In this document: positions 59,196-60,597 of the stretch, one piece after another
How the letters are laid out: each line of letters starts with the position of its first letter
Numbering within the stretch: position 1 is the first letter of the stretch
From: Leptospirales bacterium
GTDB lineage: Bacteria > Spirochaetota > Leptospiria > Turneriellales > JAOUFE01
Direction: 5' to 3'
Length of the DNA: 60,597 nucleotides
Assembly: GCA_040326155.1 (NCBI GenBank)
Contig: JBEQLE010000020.1
Location: 1 to 60,597 of the forward strand
Made by a program: the position numbers and the translations under genes
Notes under the pieces: model-generated
Told to the model about the DNA's origin: nothing
Databases searched by the model: none
What the model saw: the letters and a program-made list of their open reading frames with translations, nothing else

Positions 59196-59780
59196 CTACA
59201 CTTCGTCGTCGAGTATCATGTTGTTGATAATCGTTTCACCTTTTTTCCATGTTTCGTCCCAATCTTTTTCGGGGCTTTCAAACATGATTCTAAATATAGT
59301 GCCTGTCTTATCGTTTGCCAGAAAAATAACAAAAGCGCGAATGGGTATTTCGTTTTTATACCCCAGGTATTGAAAACCATACAGCATTAAAGAACCGGCT
59401 TTTTGGTCCCATGTTTTTTCAATAACAAGATTTTTGCTCGAATTTTCGCGAACCTTTGCGGCGTATTCTGTTGGTTTCATCTTATAAAGCTCAGGAATAT
59501 CCGGAGTCATTTTCAAGGAAAATCCTGTTTTGTACACAGGGGCCTTCTTGAATTTTTCTTTAGTTATAAAATACAATATAGAGTTTTTGCTTTTTCCTTT
59601 TTTAAAGTGCCAACCATCGGGTTTTAATAAAGCGCCTTGAATTTCAGACGCCGATTCCCAGGTAAAACCTTCGGGAGCATCTGGCAAAGGAACGCTCTCA
59701 TCTTTTGAAAGTAGAGCGAGAGGGGCGATTAAAAAAGAAAATAAGGTAATGAGTGCAAATGTTTTTTTTGTGATATTCAT
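59196..59780 (-). CDS. Hypothetical exported protein
   Basis: Signal peptide from ATG 59780 (AGGAG RBS); LLKPDGWHF, FESP...W motifs. Confidence 0.75.
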   Translation of the reverse strand: MNITKKTFALITLFSFLIAPLALLSKDESVPLPDAPEGFTWESASEIQGALLKPDGWHFKKGKSKNSILYFITKEKFKKAPVYKTGFSLKMTPDIPELYKMKPTEYAAKVRENSSKNLVIEKTWDQKAGSLMLYGFQYLGYKNEIPIRAFVIFLANDKTGTIFRIMFESPEKDWDETWKKGETIINNMILDDEV

Positions 59781-59946
59781 GAAGATCTCCTGAAGCTGGT
59801 TGCTTAAACACAATTTAACAGGGCGGTTGCCTATGACAATCAAATTTTTGCGCCGACAATCGATTTCTGGTTCTATTGTGCAGCTCTGGGACTAAAACTT
59901 GACTATACGAGACGTATTTTGCTATATTTGGATAAGGGAGTATAAC

Positions 59947-60531
59947 ATGAATAAAAAAATATTTTCAATGGTGTTTTTACAGGCTATTATAGTATCAGCA
60001 ATAATTTTACCGGCCTTTCTATATGGTTATGCAGAAAAAAAAGAAGACCCGAGAATAATTGAAATTCGAAATGAATATAAAATTATTGAGCAGGGATTAA
60101 AAATATACAAAGTTATTGAAAAACAATTCGAGGTGTCAGCGCCTGGCGAGGGGAGCGTCAAGTATTATTATAAGAAAAAGGAACTTGTAAAAATACATTC
60201 TCAATTTCATGGCGATGGAATCAGTAATTTTTTAAGTCTCTATTATGTTGACGGGGTTCTCTTTTTTGCTTTTGAAGAGTCGGAAACTTTCCCAATTTGG
60301 GAAGGGATGGAAGATTCAACAGGTAAAACAGAGCATAGGCTCTATTTTGAAAATAACAAAATGTTTCGGTGGATAGTAAAGTCGTTTGAAGACAAAATGT
60401 TGGCTCATTATCAAAAAGAAGGAACGAAAGAGTTTATAGCTGAACAAAAACGGATGTTAAAAAAGTCCGTGCAATGGCGCGCTTATGAAGCTTCTGAAAT
60501 AAAAAACTTTGATGAGTTTAGCGATATATAG
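59947..60531 (+). CDS. Hypothetical exported protein
   Basis: AGGGAG RBS, signal peptide, IRNEYK, EHRLYF..NKM.RW. Confidence 0.75.
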   Translation: MNKKIFSMVFLQAIIVSAIILPAFLYGYAEKKEDPRIIEIRNEYKIIEQGLKIYKVIEKQFEVSAPGEGSVKYYYKKKELVKIHSQFHGDGISNFLSLYYVDGVLFFAFEESETFPIWEGMEDSTGKTEHRLYFENNKMFRWIVKSFEDKMLAHYQKEGTKEFIAEQKRMLKKSVQWRAYEASEIKNFDEFSDI

Positions 60532-60597
60532 TAAGAACGTTGACGAGATGTATCATTAACAAAATTTGTACATGTAAAATCAATTACTTAAAAATCA

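Noticed and set aside
1..60597. Prophage or intact transposon; many short antisense ORFs in the track
   Set aside because: No phage structural, integrase or transposase genes recognised; the short ORFs are shadows of well-supported genes.

Overview
AT-rich bacterial chromosomal segment. The gene repertoire (kinase-AAA-GAF-PP2C fusion, tandem-RHH DUF1564-like protein, RlpA/SPOR lipoprotein, spirochaete-type lipoboxes, several apparently leaderless genes) suggests a Leptospirales-like spirochaete; this is inference. Housekeeping genes (putA, aspartate aminotransferase, miaB, purM, rlpA) alternate with signalling genes (hybrid histidine kinase plus diguanylate cyclase) and accessory blocks. Main points of interest: (i) five dispersed intergenic structured elements sharing a G-run/stem/G-run/stem/C-run scaffold with variable inserted hairpins; (ii) an accessory island at about 39.8-47.5 kb with an anti-sigma-less, Cys-tailed ECF sigma factor, a pentaheme cytochrome lipoprotein, Met/Cys-rich microproteins and two matching leaderless ECF-type promoters; (iii) a CheY-less chemosensory cluster ending in a triple-REC class III nucleotide cyclase, next to a CxxCH-containing chemoreceptor and a hemerythrin; (iv) long palindromic operators in front of RHH, DUF4143 ATPase, ArsR and a MarR-like remnant; (v) short-period dispersed repeats and several pseudogenes. 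No rRNA, tRNA, CRISPR array or intact transposase/integrase was recognised. All family assignments come from motif recognition by eye, not database searches.
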